This document shows, piece after piece, positions 36,801 to 49,700 of a stretch of DNA of 64,000 nucleotides (positions within the stretch are counted from its first letter, which is position 1; each line of letters starts with the position of its first letter). The stretch comes from Tubiluchus corallicola (Eukaryota; Animalia; Priapulida). The notes beneath the pieces are model-generated. The model was not told the origin of the DNA. It did no database searches and saw only the letters and a list, made by a program, of their open reading frames with translations. The position numbers and the translations under genes were made by a program. The DNA lies in the NCBI GenBank assembly GCA_030141605.1, contig JAQGDQ010000464.1, positions 62,001 through 126,000 on the forward strand. The letters run 5' to 3'.

Positions 36801-39800
36801 ATGAATGAACATCTTATCTTTTTAAGTTTCCTTATTAGTTTATTTTGACTAGAGTCTTGTGTTAACAACTTAATTTCTTGCTACTCTTAATACATTCTTG
36901 TGATGCACTGCTTACTGCTTCTATTCTTAATTGCATCTTCAGCGTTAAAAGATTGCCCATATTTACACTTTTCCATGACTGCCATCTCTTGCTATACTAT
37001 GATCTTCTGTTTTTGACTGATTTACTTGAAGATTTCTTTTTTCTATTTTACTCGAAAATCGCTTTTTAGTAGGTCAGTTTGAAATTTTGCTACACTAATC
37101 CAGCCTATGTCGTCTGCGTATTGTTGGTCAATCAGGAACAAGCAACAAGCATGGGATTCCAAAGCAGGACGGGTGTGGTCCACATTGTGTTGTGAAACAT
37201 TATGTCAGATAATGGTATTGTAATAATGATCGTCATTTGGATCTTAAGTGCATTTGCCAGGTAGAGCGTGAAAGGTACTGAACTTAGGCAATCCCCCTGC
37301 GGGACATAAATATCGAACATTCTTCCTAGTGTGTTCCTATCTTTTACTCTAAGTTTAATATTCTTTGGTCGAATTGCAATAATGTGAATTTCGTCTGGTT
37401 GTAGGACGGCTTTAAGAGGAATTCTTAAAAAGCATTCCTCTCTCTAAGGTATTAGATGGTTTGCTAATGACAAACAATAGGAAGTGATTTGATAAGAACT
37501 AGATATAACTGGTTTTTCTGCTAATATTTTTACTGATATTATAAATTCAGTAGTGCTTTTGCCTTCCCCATATGCAACTTGACTTGGCGGAATGTTACAA
37601 TTTAATCTGCTATGCACCTGATGCCATTCATATAGCCAAAATTTTCTATCTTAGTAAATTTGTTTATTGCAAAGAAGCTTTCTACATTACAATTAGACCT
37701 AAAAACAAAGCATGAATGAACAATAATTGTTGAACAGCATAATCATTTAAAGTTGGACTCTCCCAATTAAATAAATATTTTAATAGTCACGATGCAAGAA
37801 CGTATTGAGAAACGTAGTGCGTAAATACTGAGTATAGTTTATACTGTGAAAGTACTAACCACATTCCTATCTATGCTTATCACCATTCATCCCATTTTTA
37901 TAAAGTATTGTACTTTGTGAACCTTCTCACTTACTCACATAAATATCATTCTAGGAAATTAAGTGGCAAAATTTTGCATGAAATGAGCCACCCGGTGTAG
38001 CAGACAAACTTGGGTTTTACTGCTGAACAATGTAAAAAATATCAAAACATTTACTGCAAGGATGTGGGGTATGTGCCCTGCGAACACGCGCAATCTTTTT
38101 ACTATTGTTATACTATCAATAGTTATTACATTTAGAATAAGTTGTAGCGATTGTGATATATGATTAGGCTGTTAACTAAAACTTCTAAAAGGGTAATAAT
38201 ATTGTTTCATTGTGAAAGAGTCGTGTTCTATTTTGAAAGTTTTTAGATGTTATTATCTGGTTATAATTTTGTAACTTATAGCATATAATTCTACAATACA
38301 ATAATTGTAACAGAACTATATTAATATAGTTACTAAACTACGTAATAGTTTATCAACGAGAAATAGATGCTGCATGGTGGTTGAGAAGCAAAACTTGTGA
38401 AATCACCTTGAAAAGTTAGAAAAACTGCTTAGCTAACAAAAGATAGAATTATAGAAAAACAAAGAATAATAAAGATAAAGTAAAGATGGGGAAAGATGGA
38501 AATAGAAAGGAGTTCAGTAGAGACGTGATGCAAAAGTATGAAAATATGAACTGTAAAGTAACCAGTCGCTGGCTGTAATGTAACTATTGCACGGCAAAAC
38601 CGAAAGAATGCACCATAAGTAGGATCTGAGTAGAAGAGATTTCATACATCTTTTAAAGCCATATAATGTTCAATGTGTTGTAATTATGATATGTTATTCC
38701 ATAGATTTGGAGCGGTAAATTTTACAAAGTGTCTGGTAAGAAGCCTTTCACTGTATTACGCATAATGCAGTTATATTAACTAACATACTATGCGTGACGT
38801 AATTTCTGAACGTGAATTTGTACACATTAGGAGGGTTTATGCGGAACTACTGCACGTCATTATTCAAGCATTGGCCGCTGGTCAGCTTGGTATAACAATA
38901 GCGCCTGCTTAGAAGATGCGGCCGACATTCCGCCGTGGTATCGTCCTCTTATTATATAGGCCATCTCTTTTAGCTGATTAGTGGAAAGTGTAAGCCTGCG
39001 GCGCTTCGCTCAGTTTAATCATTTGAGCGCAGTAAAGAAAGTGTAACATTCGTTGTGCGTTAATCTTAACATGTCTTGTGTTTCTTCAACTCCTGCGATT
39101 AGCTTAGCTTAAAAACCGTACATTGAAATTGAGGCCACTGACTTGAAAGCTTTGCTTCTTCTGTTTTTCCGAGTTTACAGCATTGCGGTGCTGTAGGTAC
39201 TGCAGATTTTTGCTTTCTGGGTTATTTCATTGCAACTTTCAATAAGATTCTTTAAAAAACTGTCATTTATTAGTATAATGTTTCCGTAGTGCTGTAATTC
39301 TTGCATTGTTCTATAAATCACTTTACAGTCACAATCACCGTAATAATATAATTGTATACTTAATGTAAATATAACGTAAAAAGGGAAAAACAACTATGAA
39401 TAATAATACTGCAGCCAAGCACTTTTATTCCATGAAAAACGTGGCATTAAATAAAAATTTCGAAACTAATAATAGTGATGGTTGCTTAGATGACCTCTGG
39501 TCTTTCGCCACCCTGTCTAGTTTCATTTTCTGATCAATGACTAGGTAATGTATTTTATTATGTAAGACGAAGGGACTAATAAGTTTATTGAATTGAATTG
39601 AAAACCTTCATTACGACTGTATGTTGCAAGTCACGTGTTGTCCTTGCTACAGTTACATACAATCTTGTTCGTCTAGTGATGGCTTTTGAAAAAAAATGTG
39701 GGTATCTCTTGCAATGTCCACAATCTGCATAATTGTTCAGTGCTCTTTGATTTTCATCCCTAGGGACTCGGGAAGGAAGCCACCATATGTTCCTTTTTTC

Positions 39801-40732
39801 AGTTGTAAACAAGTAAGAAATTTCAAGCACAAAGCCCAAAATAGGGTCCGAGTAAAAAGTCACAGGAAAAAGGAAATCCTTACCCTAGTCTAACTCCTAA
39901 CCCTAGCCAAATTTAATTGTGACTTTTTCTTCCGTGACTTTTTTCCTTTACCTTCCCTCCCTCCCTCCCTCCCTCACCCCTCGGTCACCGCAAAATGTTG
40001 ACTCCATGGTCAGTGGGTCTGTTGATTGTAGTAAAATCATTAGTCTTTACTAACATATTCCTCTGTAGTTTAGTTAGCGTTTGTTATATGCGCAATTAAC
40101 AGTAACGACTAGAAACTACCAATGTTAGTGAGTCGATGGCCATGAGACGTTTGCATCAAATTGATGAGAACAATCAGCAGGCAGAAAAATTTAGAGCTAG
40201 ACCCATTTTTGATACAAGTATTGCTTTTAAAATACAGTATGTGACTTTTTGTACTATGCAGTGCCCTGTAGTATTGTACCCAGTGCAATGTTGTACACAA
40301 AATGAAAAAGTGCTAAATCAGAACATGTATTCAAACATAAATTTAAAAAAAATCAATTCTTGAGTCGTACGGGCCTAATTAATCAATTTCTGTAATTACA
40401 AATATCACATCTTTATATTTTATAGTCTATATTTTAATACAATTTTCTTTACAAAAATGGCTAACTTGGTTTAAATCATCGGTCCTGGAGCATCATCACT
40501 ATTATCATCAATTCATTATCGTTGTCATCACCACCACTATTGTCATCAGCATTAATATCACCATCTTTTCATCATTATCATCATCGTCATTGTCGTCTTC
40601 TGGCATCCATTTACTTCGCTGCATTTAACGTATTTTTTGTTATTTATGTCGCTAATTAAGTCTTATCCATGTTGAGCGTAGCTTATAAGTCAATTTCTTC
40701 TGCTACGCTCATAGCACTGCAATGCATTGTTA

Positions 40733-40766
<34 letters not shown>

Positions 40767-43700
40767 ATCTTTATTTGCCATTAAAAACATTGATAATCAC
40801 TGATAAAAACTTTACAGAGATAATCAATCAGTGTTACTTAATAAAAACTTACACTGCTGAAGGCAAATGCGTCAGTGCAATCTAAACTACTGTGCAGTAA
40901 TGACGAATAAAATCAAACATATTTACAACCATATACAAAAAAAATATAAAAGAAAAAACTATGATTTAATTAATATGGCCGTGGGTATATGAATTCTGAA
41001 TTAGTGTGTATGTTGTCGTACTGGTGTGATGGCATTTCATATCTGGTTAATATTAGTGATTTTAATTTTGTTTTAAATGCTGATAGGGACTTGATTTGTT
41101 TAACCTGTAATGGTAGAGAATTCCAAAGTAAAATTGCTTGTTTGATTACAGAGTTCGTTCCATAGTGGGTATTTGTCCTAATTTGTTTTAGATTGCTTGT
41201 TCTGGAATTAACGATAGGATTTGGTAAAAAGGTAAATCTGTTATTCTGGAATGGTTTGCTGATGTTGTTAATGTATTTAAATATAAAAAGCAGAGTAAAA
41301 TATTCTTTGTGTGCTTCAATGATTGGGAATTTTAAAGTTTTTCTCAGGTTAGTTGTTGAAGCTTTGAATTTTTGTCTACCTGCCTTATGTTTATATGAGT
41401 ACCCAGCTATCAATCTCAATGCATAGTTTTGAAGGAGATTTAATTTTAAGTAATTTTCTCTTTTGGTTTTTTGAAGTAGCGTACATCCATATAAGAAGTG
41501 TGGTAGAACTAAAGTTTTATATATTAGTGTTTTAGTTTCCTTTGTCAGTTGCCCTTTAACTTGTCGGAGATATGATGTGCTAGATGCTATTTTTGTGTAT
41601 ATGTTATTAAAGTGTTCATCCCATGAAAGATTATTGTCTACCTGTATGCCCAGGAATTTAACATTGTTAGTTTGTTTGATTACAGCATTATCTATTGTCA
41701 AAGTGGTTGATGATGCATCATTAGTATTTAATGAGGGTGACAGTATCATGAATTCTGTTTTGTCATTATTCATTTTAGCTTGTAATGACTAAATGCCATA
41801 TTTATATTTTTTATATCTTCTTCTAAATAATTTTTTGCAGTTTGGACATTTTCATAGGCTATGTAGATTGTAGTGTCATCAGCGTATTGCGTTATTTGTG
41901 AGTGTTTTAATACACTGGATATGTTGTTTATATATAGGCAAAATAATAACGGACCTAGTAGTGTTCCTTGCGGTATACCTCTGTTTAACGTGGCCCAGTC
42001 AGAAAAGTTGGTTGTATCTAACTTTACTCGTTGTTGTCTATCTTTGTATAACTTGTAGTTTCTTGTATTGTGCTAAATGGATGAATAAATAAATCTAGTC
42101 TAACCCTATAAGTCTAATTATAGGCAATGACAGTTTTATTATTATATTGATGATCAGAATTATTCATTATCAATGAGTTTGTTCTACGCCATGCTAAGTT
42201 ATGTGTTACAATGTGTTGTCGCTTATTCGTTTACTCGCGTCATGTGTTTTAGCCGTTTTTGGGCTGTAATGACATTTACTTTTCGAGAAATTATCATATG
42301 TTTTGTATTATTCATATAAAATTCTGGACGCTTTTGTCCGTTAACTAATAAATCAGCAAATAATGTGAAAGGTCTTAAGGGGAACCTTCAATAAAGTGGA
42401 AGTGAGCTAGGTGAATGTTAGTATTTTGTTCCTCTCAGTGTCAATGTTACAGTTAGTATTATGAGCTTAGTTTTCAGGTGTTGTGTAGACACTGCGCAGA
42501 CAGACATTGAGCTTTAGAACTGACACATTAATCATGAACATTAAATAGTTCCATAAGTGAATGTCTATAAATTTTATATTAAAATGATCACTTATTCGTT
42601 TAGTGAACCCACAATTGTTAAGCTTCTGATGCCTGTTAACTATAATTATATTATCATAGTACTTCTTTTCATTAAGTTGTAAATTTGTTATTATTATTTC
42701 TTCGCAGCTATGAAAAGGGAGAGTAAACACGCAATACAATACGTCGAAGTATGATTGAAATAGGTCTCACATAATCTTCAAACAAATCCAGCAACTATAA
42801 CACTTTTTCTCATACATAATTTCTTATAATTTTGCCTGCTCCACTTATGTTTTTACTTCCATATTATGCTTTTCACACTTCATATATATTCACTTTATTA
42901 TAATTATTTTGCTCATTGTTTCACAGTTATTAAGTTTCATTATATTTTTTGAGCCATATTGTCTATTTAGTCACATACTCATATTTCACTACATATTTTG
43001 TTTACTCCATTTTTCTGCACTAGTTCTTGCGTTCCATAGTACTTTATCATTATGCTTATATTTTGTTTGATTTTATCATGCATATTTTGTTTCCTTCACT
43101 GATTTATTATTTATGTTTTTTTTCTTTAGGTTTGACTTTTTTCTAGTTTGCTTTTTGTTTTAATCAGTTAGTTAAATCATTTACATATTTTATTAATCAT
43201 CATTTCATATTGTTCATTTGATTTTAATGCTTCTTTGTTGCATAGCTTATTTGGTTATTTCATTTTCTAGTTTAAAATTTATTCCTCCATAAATCTATGT
43301 TAACAGCAGCACTACAAATTTTTTCAAGCTACACTAACCTGAGAAGGGTAGCTGACTTGATGACCAATCGGTCTTTCGCTACCCTTTCTCCTGCACCCCC
43401 CTAACTCTTTCCTTTATGCTTAATTTACCCTTTTTGTTTAATAACTATAACTAAATAGTCTACTGTATTCTGGTGTAAATGAGGGGATAAATAAAAATGT
43501 CTATATCTTCTGAAACAAACTTGGTCTAAAGAATGGAAATATGAAAAAAAAACAGGACTGAGGCTGAACCAGGACTGTTCATGTACAAAATTCAGTGCCA
43601 TGCCTTCAGGATTAGGTAGTATGGAGGGTTGGTGTGTTGTGGTGTGGTGTGATATTGCTGCTGTGGATAACGTGGTGTGATATGGTGTGGTGCATGTGGT

Positions 43701-46700
43701 ATGGCTTGTCATTGTGGATTTGTGCGCAAAATTTTTTGCGGGGCCTTTGCTATATAATATTTGTAAACCAAATCTTGCACTTGCAGGGTCACTTGATATT
43801 CTTAACTCACTCAGCTATATTGTTAAGGTTTTATGTTGTCTTTTGTGACCTGATGACACTGAGCTTCTAACCAGTTCAAATCCAAGCTTATATTGGATTT
43901 TTTCGCGTTTTTCTCTCATTTTCACATTTGGTTTCGTGAAATTCGCGATTTGCTACATTCCATCATTGAATAATTAGGCGTAGAGTTTCTATTGAATAAT
44001 GAACAATAGATGTAGTCACTAGTGATGCTGACTACCGCCAGTTTATGCATCTGTTTTTGTCGCTTAAACTATGATTTCTGTAAACATTGTTTTTTTCCAA
44101 TTGCACGGAAATACTAGTAATTGTTCGTGTTTCTGTGTTTAGTCGATCTCCATTCCAGTACTGAATGCAAATGGAGAAGCAAACAAAGTCGAAACTCGTA
44201 GCTTCCAATTCACTCTATCTAGTCTACAAGGCGATGGGCTTGAATGTGTACAATATACGGATTCCAAGTAAGTGTAGTGGATCCCATTCACACCACCAGA
44301 GAAAAAACGAAAAACATTTGGAAGTCCTTCAGACCCAAATGATTGTAACCTCATTTCTGAGAACCAGATTGTAAATTTTGGCATTTCATCACTTTTTATT
44401 CATTATCCGTTCAGTTATGGCATTTTATTGTCAGTTATTAAACTTTTATTCTTATAGCAATTGACAGTAGTTTCATCTGTATCTGTACTTTTACTCCTGA
44501 GATATAGTAGAAATTGATTGGTTATTGATTACAGATCGATTGTTGATCATGGCTTTTCAACAAGAGAATGTTTGCAACTTACACTTAAAACCGGTGTCTA
44601 CTAAACTAGTTTCACTAGTGTCAATGGATATGACATAAATAAATATAAGCACCGGCTTATACATATAACATTAACTAATTACTGTATCACATTTTTTCTG
44701 TATTTTTATATTATAATCTCATTCTTGTCTTTCTCAGTTGTCTGACTTCGCTGGGGTTTACACAAAAGAGGATGATTATCCATGCAACTGACGATGTATA
44801 TCTTCAGACAAAAACCAAGATGGCTCTCGCAGAAGAGGAGAGCAAAAAAATCTGGTAAATAAGAAGAAAATTCGAATTTTATTTCAACTAAATTTCATTG
44901 AGATGTGATTGAATATCCATATTTTGTTTTGGTAACTCTAGGGTTGTTAACTATAACGAGACGTATGTTAAAAAAATTAACCGATTATCGTATTGATTTT
45001 ATAAAATTCCTTCAATTTTCTGTTTATTTAAAGTAATTACGCAAAAAAGTAGGTAAAAAGACCTATTTATGATTAGCAGCTTGTTGGACGGCGAATCACT
45101 TTCTTGTATTTTCGCCTCGCAATAAGGGCTATCTTCATTCTGAATCATAATGACAAAGTATGGTGACTTTGGTACTGATGTGTGGATATAAAATACGCTA
45201 CTGTATTTTTAGTGTCACTTTCTTGATCATGTGCAGCTCACATAGATAAATATTTTTATCATCAGTAATTTATTTAATTGGCGCAGCTTACTTAATTATA
45301 AATCATTGTGACAAATGAGCTTGTACTTCATAACTAGCAGCCATTCAAGCTGCACTGAAGTGCATAATAATCTATTCTCTTATATTAATATTCTTGGTAT
45401 ATATATAAGATTCGAGGCTACAGCTCGGACGACGGCACCATTTGCGGCGATCTATGCATCAAACGAAAGGTCCCGATCTAGTGTCATGCCATTGATGGTT
45501 TATTTTTCGAATCGGGCCCACCACGAGGAACGGGGACGAAAAACCTCCAAAAATGGCCATTTTTCGGCCGTTTTTTGCAAAAGTTATACGGCTGAGATGT
45601 AGAGAACGGGAATGGGCCGAGGGTGGTGCTGGGTATGGATAGATAGCCCGTTCAGCGGTTCAGCGGTGGGTGTCATAGGCCTGTTTAGAATTCCCGAGAG
45701 GGCCACGGCGTCCCACAACGGGCGTTTTCCCGGACCCAACTCGCGATTTTTTCGAAATTTTGATCAAACAGCCTGCGGAAAAAACGTTCTAGCGGCGCCT
45801 GGTGGGACTCTCGGAAGGAGATATATAGCTCTTTAGAAAGAGGAAGGACAGGGCTACACGATGATGTGGGCTATATTTTAGGGCAGGTCCACCGAGAGGA
45901 GTATCAACGAGTTAATTACATGTTCTATTTTCGACAATTTTCGCCTTAGAAAACTGCTGACGCAAAGGCATTGTTGTGACGTCATCCACTATTGCTTATA
46001 GCTTTAATTCAGCAAAAAGCTGGCTGCTACAGGCTATGCGTTAGGTAAGTAGGCAGGATGTTACGGGCTTTGCGTTATATATGAGGACTAGGTAGGGTGT
46101 TCGCGTATTATTGATTACACGTGTATTTATACGCAAAATCTTTTGCGGGGCCTTTGCTAGTTAATTTAATTATTAATGATACTCCTTCAGTTGGCTAAAT
46201 TGTCTAACTTTGTGTCGGTTTTATTGATTGAAATAATTTATCCTATCGTATCGTCTAAAAAGTAGTTTATCGTTATCGTGTCTCCAAATTTGACATCCCT
46301 AGCTAACTGGGCGACAGCTATGTTTTAGACTTTAACTGGTTTATTCTTTACAAGTCTTTCCTCAAATATGTCACATGTAGAATAGATGGACCAAGCTTTA
46401 TTCGCTTTTGTCAGTTATTGTGATGTAAAGTACCCTGGTTTGTCGAAATGAGACACTGCCATATTTGGCAGAACCATGCTGCACCAGGCTTAATTGGGCA
46501 CGGAGTTTACCAAGTCATGCCATTGTTGAATCGAGTGCAGTTTACAATTTTTGGCACAGAGTTTACCAAGTCATGCCATTGTTGAATCGAGTCCAGTTTA
46601 CAATTTTTGGCACATAATTTACCAAGCCAAGCCATTGTTGAATCGAGTCCAGTTTACAGTTTTTGGCACATAGTTTACCAACCCATGCCATTGTTGAGTC

Positions 46701-49700
46701 GACTCCAGTTTACAGTTTTTGGCACATAGTTTATCAAGTCGTGCCATTGTTGAATCGAGTCCAGTTTACAGTTTTTGGCACATAATTTACCAAGCCAAGC
46801 CATTGTTGAATCGAGTCCAGTTTACAGTTTTTCGCACATAATTTACCAACCCATGCCATTGTTGAATCAAGTCCAGTTTAAAGTTTCTGGCACATAGTTT
46901 ACCAAGTCGTGCCATTGTTGAATCAAGTCCAGTGTAAAGTTTCTGGCACATAGTTTACCAAGTCGTGCCATTGTTGAATCAAGTCCAGTGTAAAGTTTCT
47001 GGCACATAGTTTACCAACCCATGCCATTGTTGAATCAAGTCCAGTTTAAAGTTTCTGGCACATAGTTTACCAAGTCGTGCCATTGTTGAATCGAGTCCAG
47101 TTTAAAGTTTCTGGCACATAGTTTACCAAGTCGTGCCATTGTTGAATCGAGTCCAGTATAAACTTCCAGCTAACTTATGTGTTTATTGAAATAGTTAATA
47201 ACTTTTTTCATGATAAAAACTGAGTTGAGTTGCCCTCAGACGAGTCGCTTGGTTTCCAATCACTTCGCCAGTTTCTGGCTGCCTCTTTTATAAGTATGTC
47301 CTTGTTTGGGCCAAGTACAACAGCAAGCTTGCGCCAACTCCAAACGTCCAGGTATTTTCCAACAACCAAAGTTTGCCGACTACTCGCACCTGCCTGGCTG
47401 GAAACAAGCCTTGTATGTATCGCGATAACAATAATTGCTGCTACCAAACACTAAAGCAAGTTGGTGTGTGTGTGTGAGAACTTTATTTTGTAAATACAAA
47501 TCCATGGATTGTACTAGACATCTTTTAAGCAGTTACTTTTTGTTTGTAGTACTAAAGTCATAAAACCTGGTACACCCTACGGACACAAGGGAAGGCCGAG
47601 AAAATCTCGCGCTGTGATACCACCTCCAAAGTCTCAAGATACAGGTGGCAGCCATCTTGTGAATAGTAGTGCAATATCTTATAAACACACCCCAAACTCA
47701 TCGCCAAATAGTTTTGCCTCTATGAATGGTCATCAGGGTACGCATAGTGGTAACACTTTGCAAAAAACTGTGAATCACAATTTGGAAGTGTTGGTCCGAC
47801 CGTATAAGTAAGTATGTTTATTGACTCATGGTAATAGTTTTAATTTCCTATTGAATTAATGAAGACAGATGAATGCCACTGACGTTTAACGACACAAAAG
47901 ATATCTCTCTACGAATGAGTCATTTTTCACTGGAATTAAACCTCTAAGGAAATAATAATACATCAAATACCAATAAGCCTTTTCACAGTTTTGTTGTGTG
48001 CTCACGCAGTTGCTGTAGGTCAAAAGTTAATAATACATCAAATTGCAATAAGCCTCTTCACAGTTTTGTTATGTGCTCACGCAGTTGCTGTAGGTCAAAG
48101 GTTAAGGTACCACAGCAATGCACATTAACCTTAAGTGTCGTGTGACATGTGAGTAAAGCAAAGCCGTCTGCCACATCAGCTCAGTTACTTCAATTGTTTT
48201 ACGTGGTCTTTATTTGATTATGTATTAGTCTGTGCATAGAGTGATTTACTAGCAGGACTTTGCTTGAGAACAAGAAAAAATGAACTAGGTAAGATTCTAG
48301 CTAACTGTTAAAACTGTTACTACATGTATTACAATACTGGGCTGTGAGGTGTTGTCAAGTGTACACAAATGCGTTGTCTGGTGTTACACTTTACGTGCGA
48401 AATTTTCACGATCATCATCAATTGCTGGAACTGTGAAAAGGCTTTTTGCTTTGTGACTAATACACATTTCTGCTTTGCATTCATTTAAGCCAGTTTAGAA
48501 TGTCAAGGAATTAAGTTTTACATGTATTTAGAAAAAGTAATCTGTTTCTAAACCATTATTATTATAAAGATTATTAGTTTTCTAGTTATACTGATGTAAT
48601 TCTCATTGAAAAGAAATGTCAATGTTTGCTAACCATTAAACTGTGAATTGCACGAAAATCGTAAAACATACAGTAAACAAGTTAGACTTGTCAACCAGAT
48701 CAGCCTTTTTATTGGTGCCCGATTTTATAAACACGTAAAATATTTGGACTATTTGAAAGACTAAACATGGATGTGTGCATGCCTAGGGCCTTCTTCTACG
48801 AGTGAAAATAACCTTTGACATTTTTAACAGGGAAAGAGTGCTGCATTTATTAGCGGTACGATCTTATAAAAAGCCGGAACTATTAGCAAGGCTTATGAAA
48901 GGTATGTGTATTATGGTAACTTAGTTTACAGAAAACAGTAATACTTCAAATCCTATTCCACTGTGACTGCTCTATGGTCTGAAATGTCCATTTAATTATC
49001 AATAATAATTAACAAAGTAGTTAAATTTGTTTAAAATGCCTGGGCTATGCGAGTAGTTCTAGTAATAACATCATGTGAGAAAGATTCTATAATGGCAGAA
49101 ACTTGCCATGAGCGTTTTCTGCATGTGCTCATGAAAACGAAAATTGAAATGCGATGCTGCTGTGTAACTTTTAAATGCAAAAACTGCAATTTTTAGATTC
49201 ATTATTTCACGAGGCCGCCCTTGCCTCCTAAGATATTTCCAAGTTCTGAGTTTCACGCGCTGTTGCCATCTAAGTAACAGGATTCCCACTGTCAGGGAAA
49301 ATCCTTGAAGATACAGGCAATCCTGGAAAGTCAGGGGAAAAGATAATTTGGTAAAAAGTCAGGGAAAATGATGAAAATGGGGCAAAAAGTCAGGGGAATT
49401 TGAAAGGGTTGCAAAGATAATCACCATGAACTGACATTTTTCCAAAAATCTTTTTTCGATGATTCGCGTTCCAATAAAATTATGCTATGGCAGGCTTCCA
49501 GTTTCAAGTTCTGTTCCAAAAATAATGATTGGATTGAGAAAGTTCATTTAATGTGATTAGTGTGATTTCGTTAGCACTACTGCAACTGTGCCGACACATT
49601 ATATATCAGTATATGTATGAATGTCCATACACAAAAATGTTTGAATATGTACACCCTTGTACAAATTAATTGCGACAAACCTGAAAACTAGGTTATTTGG

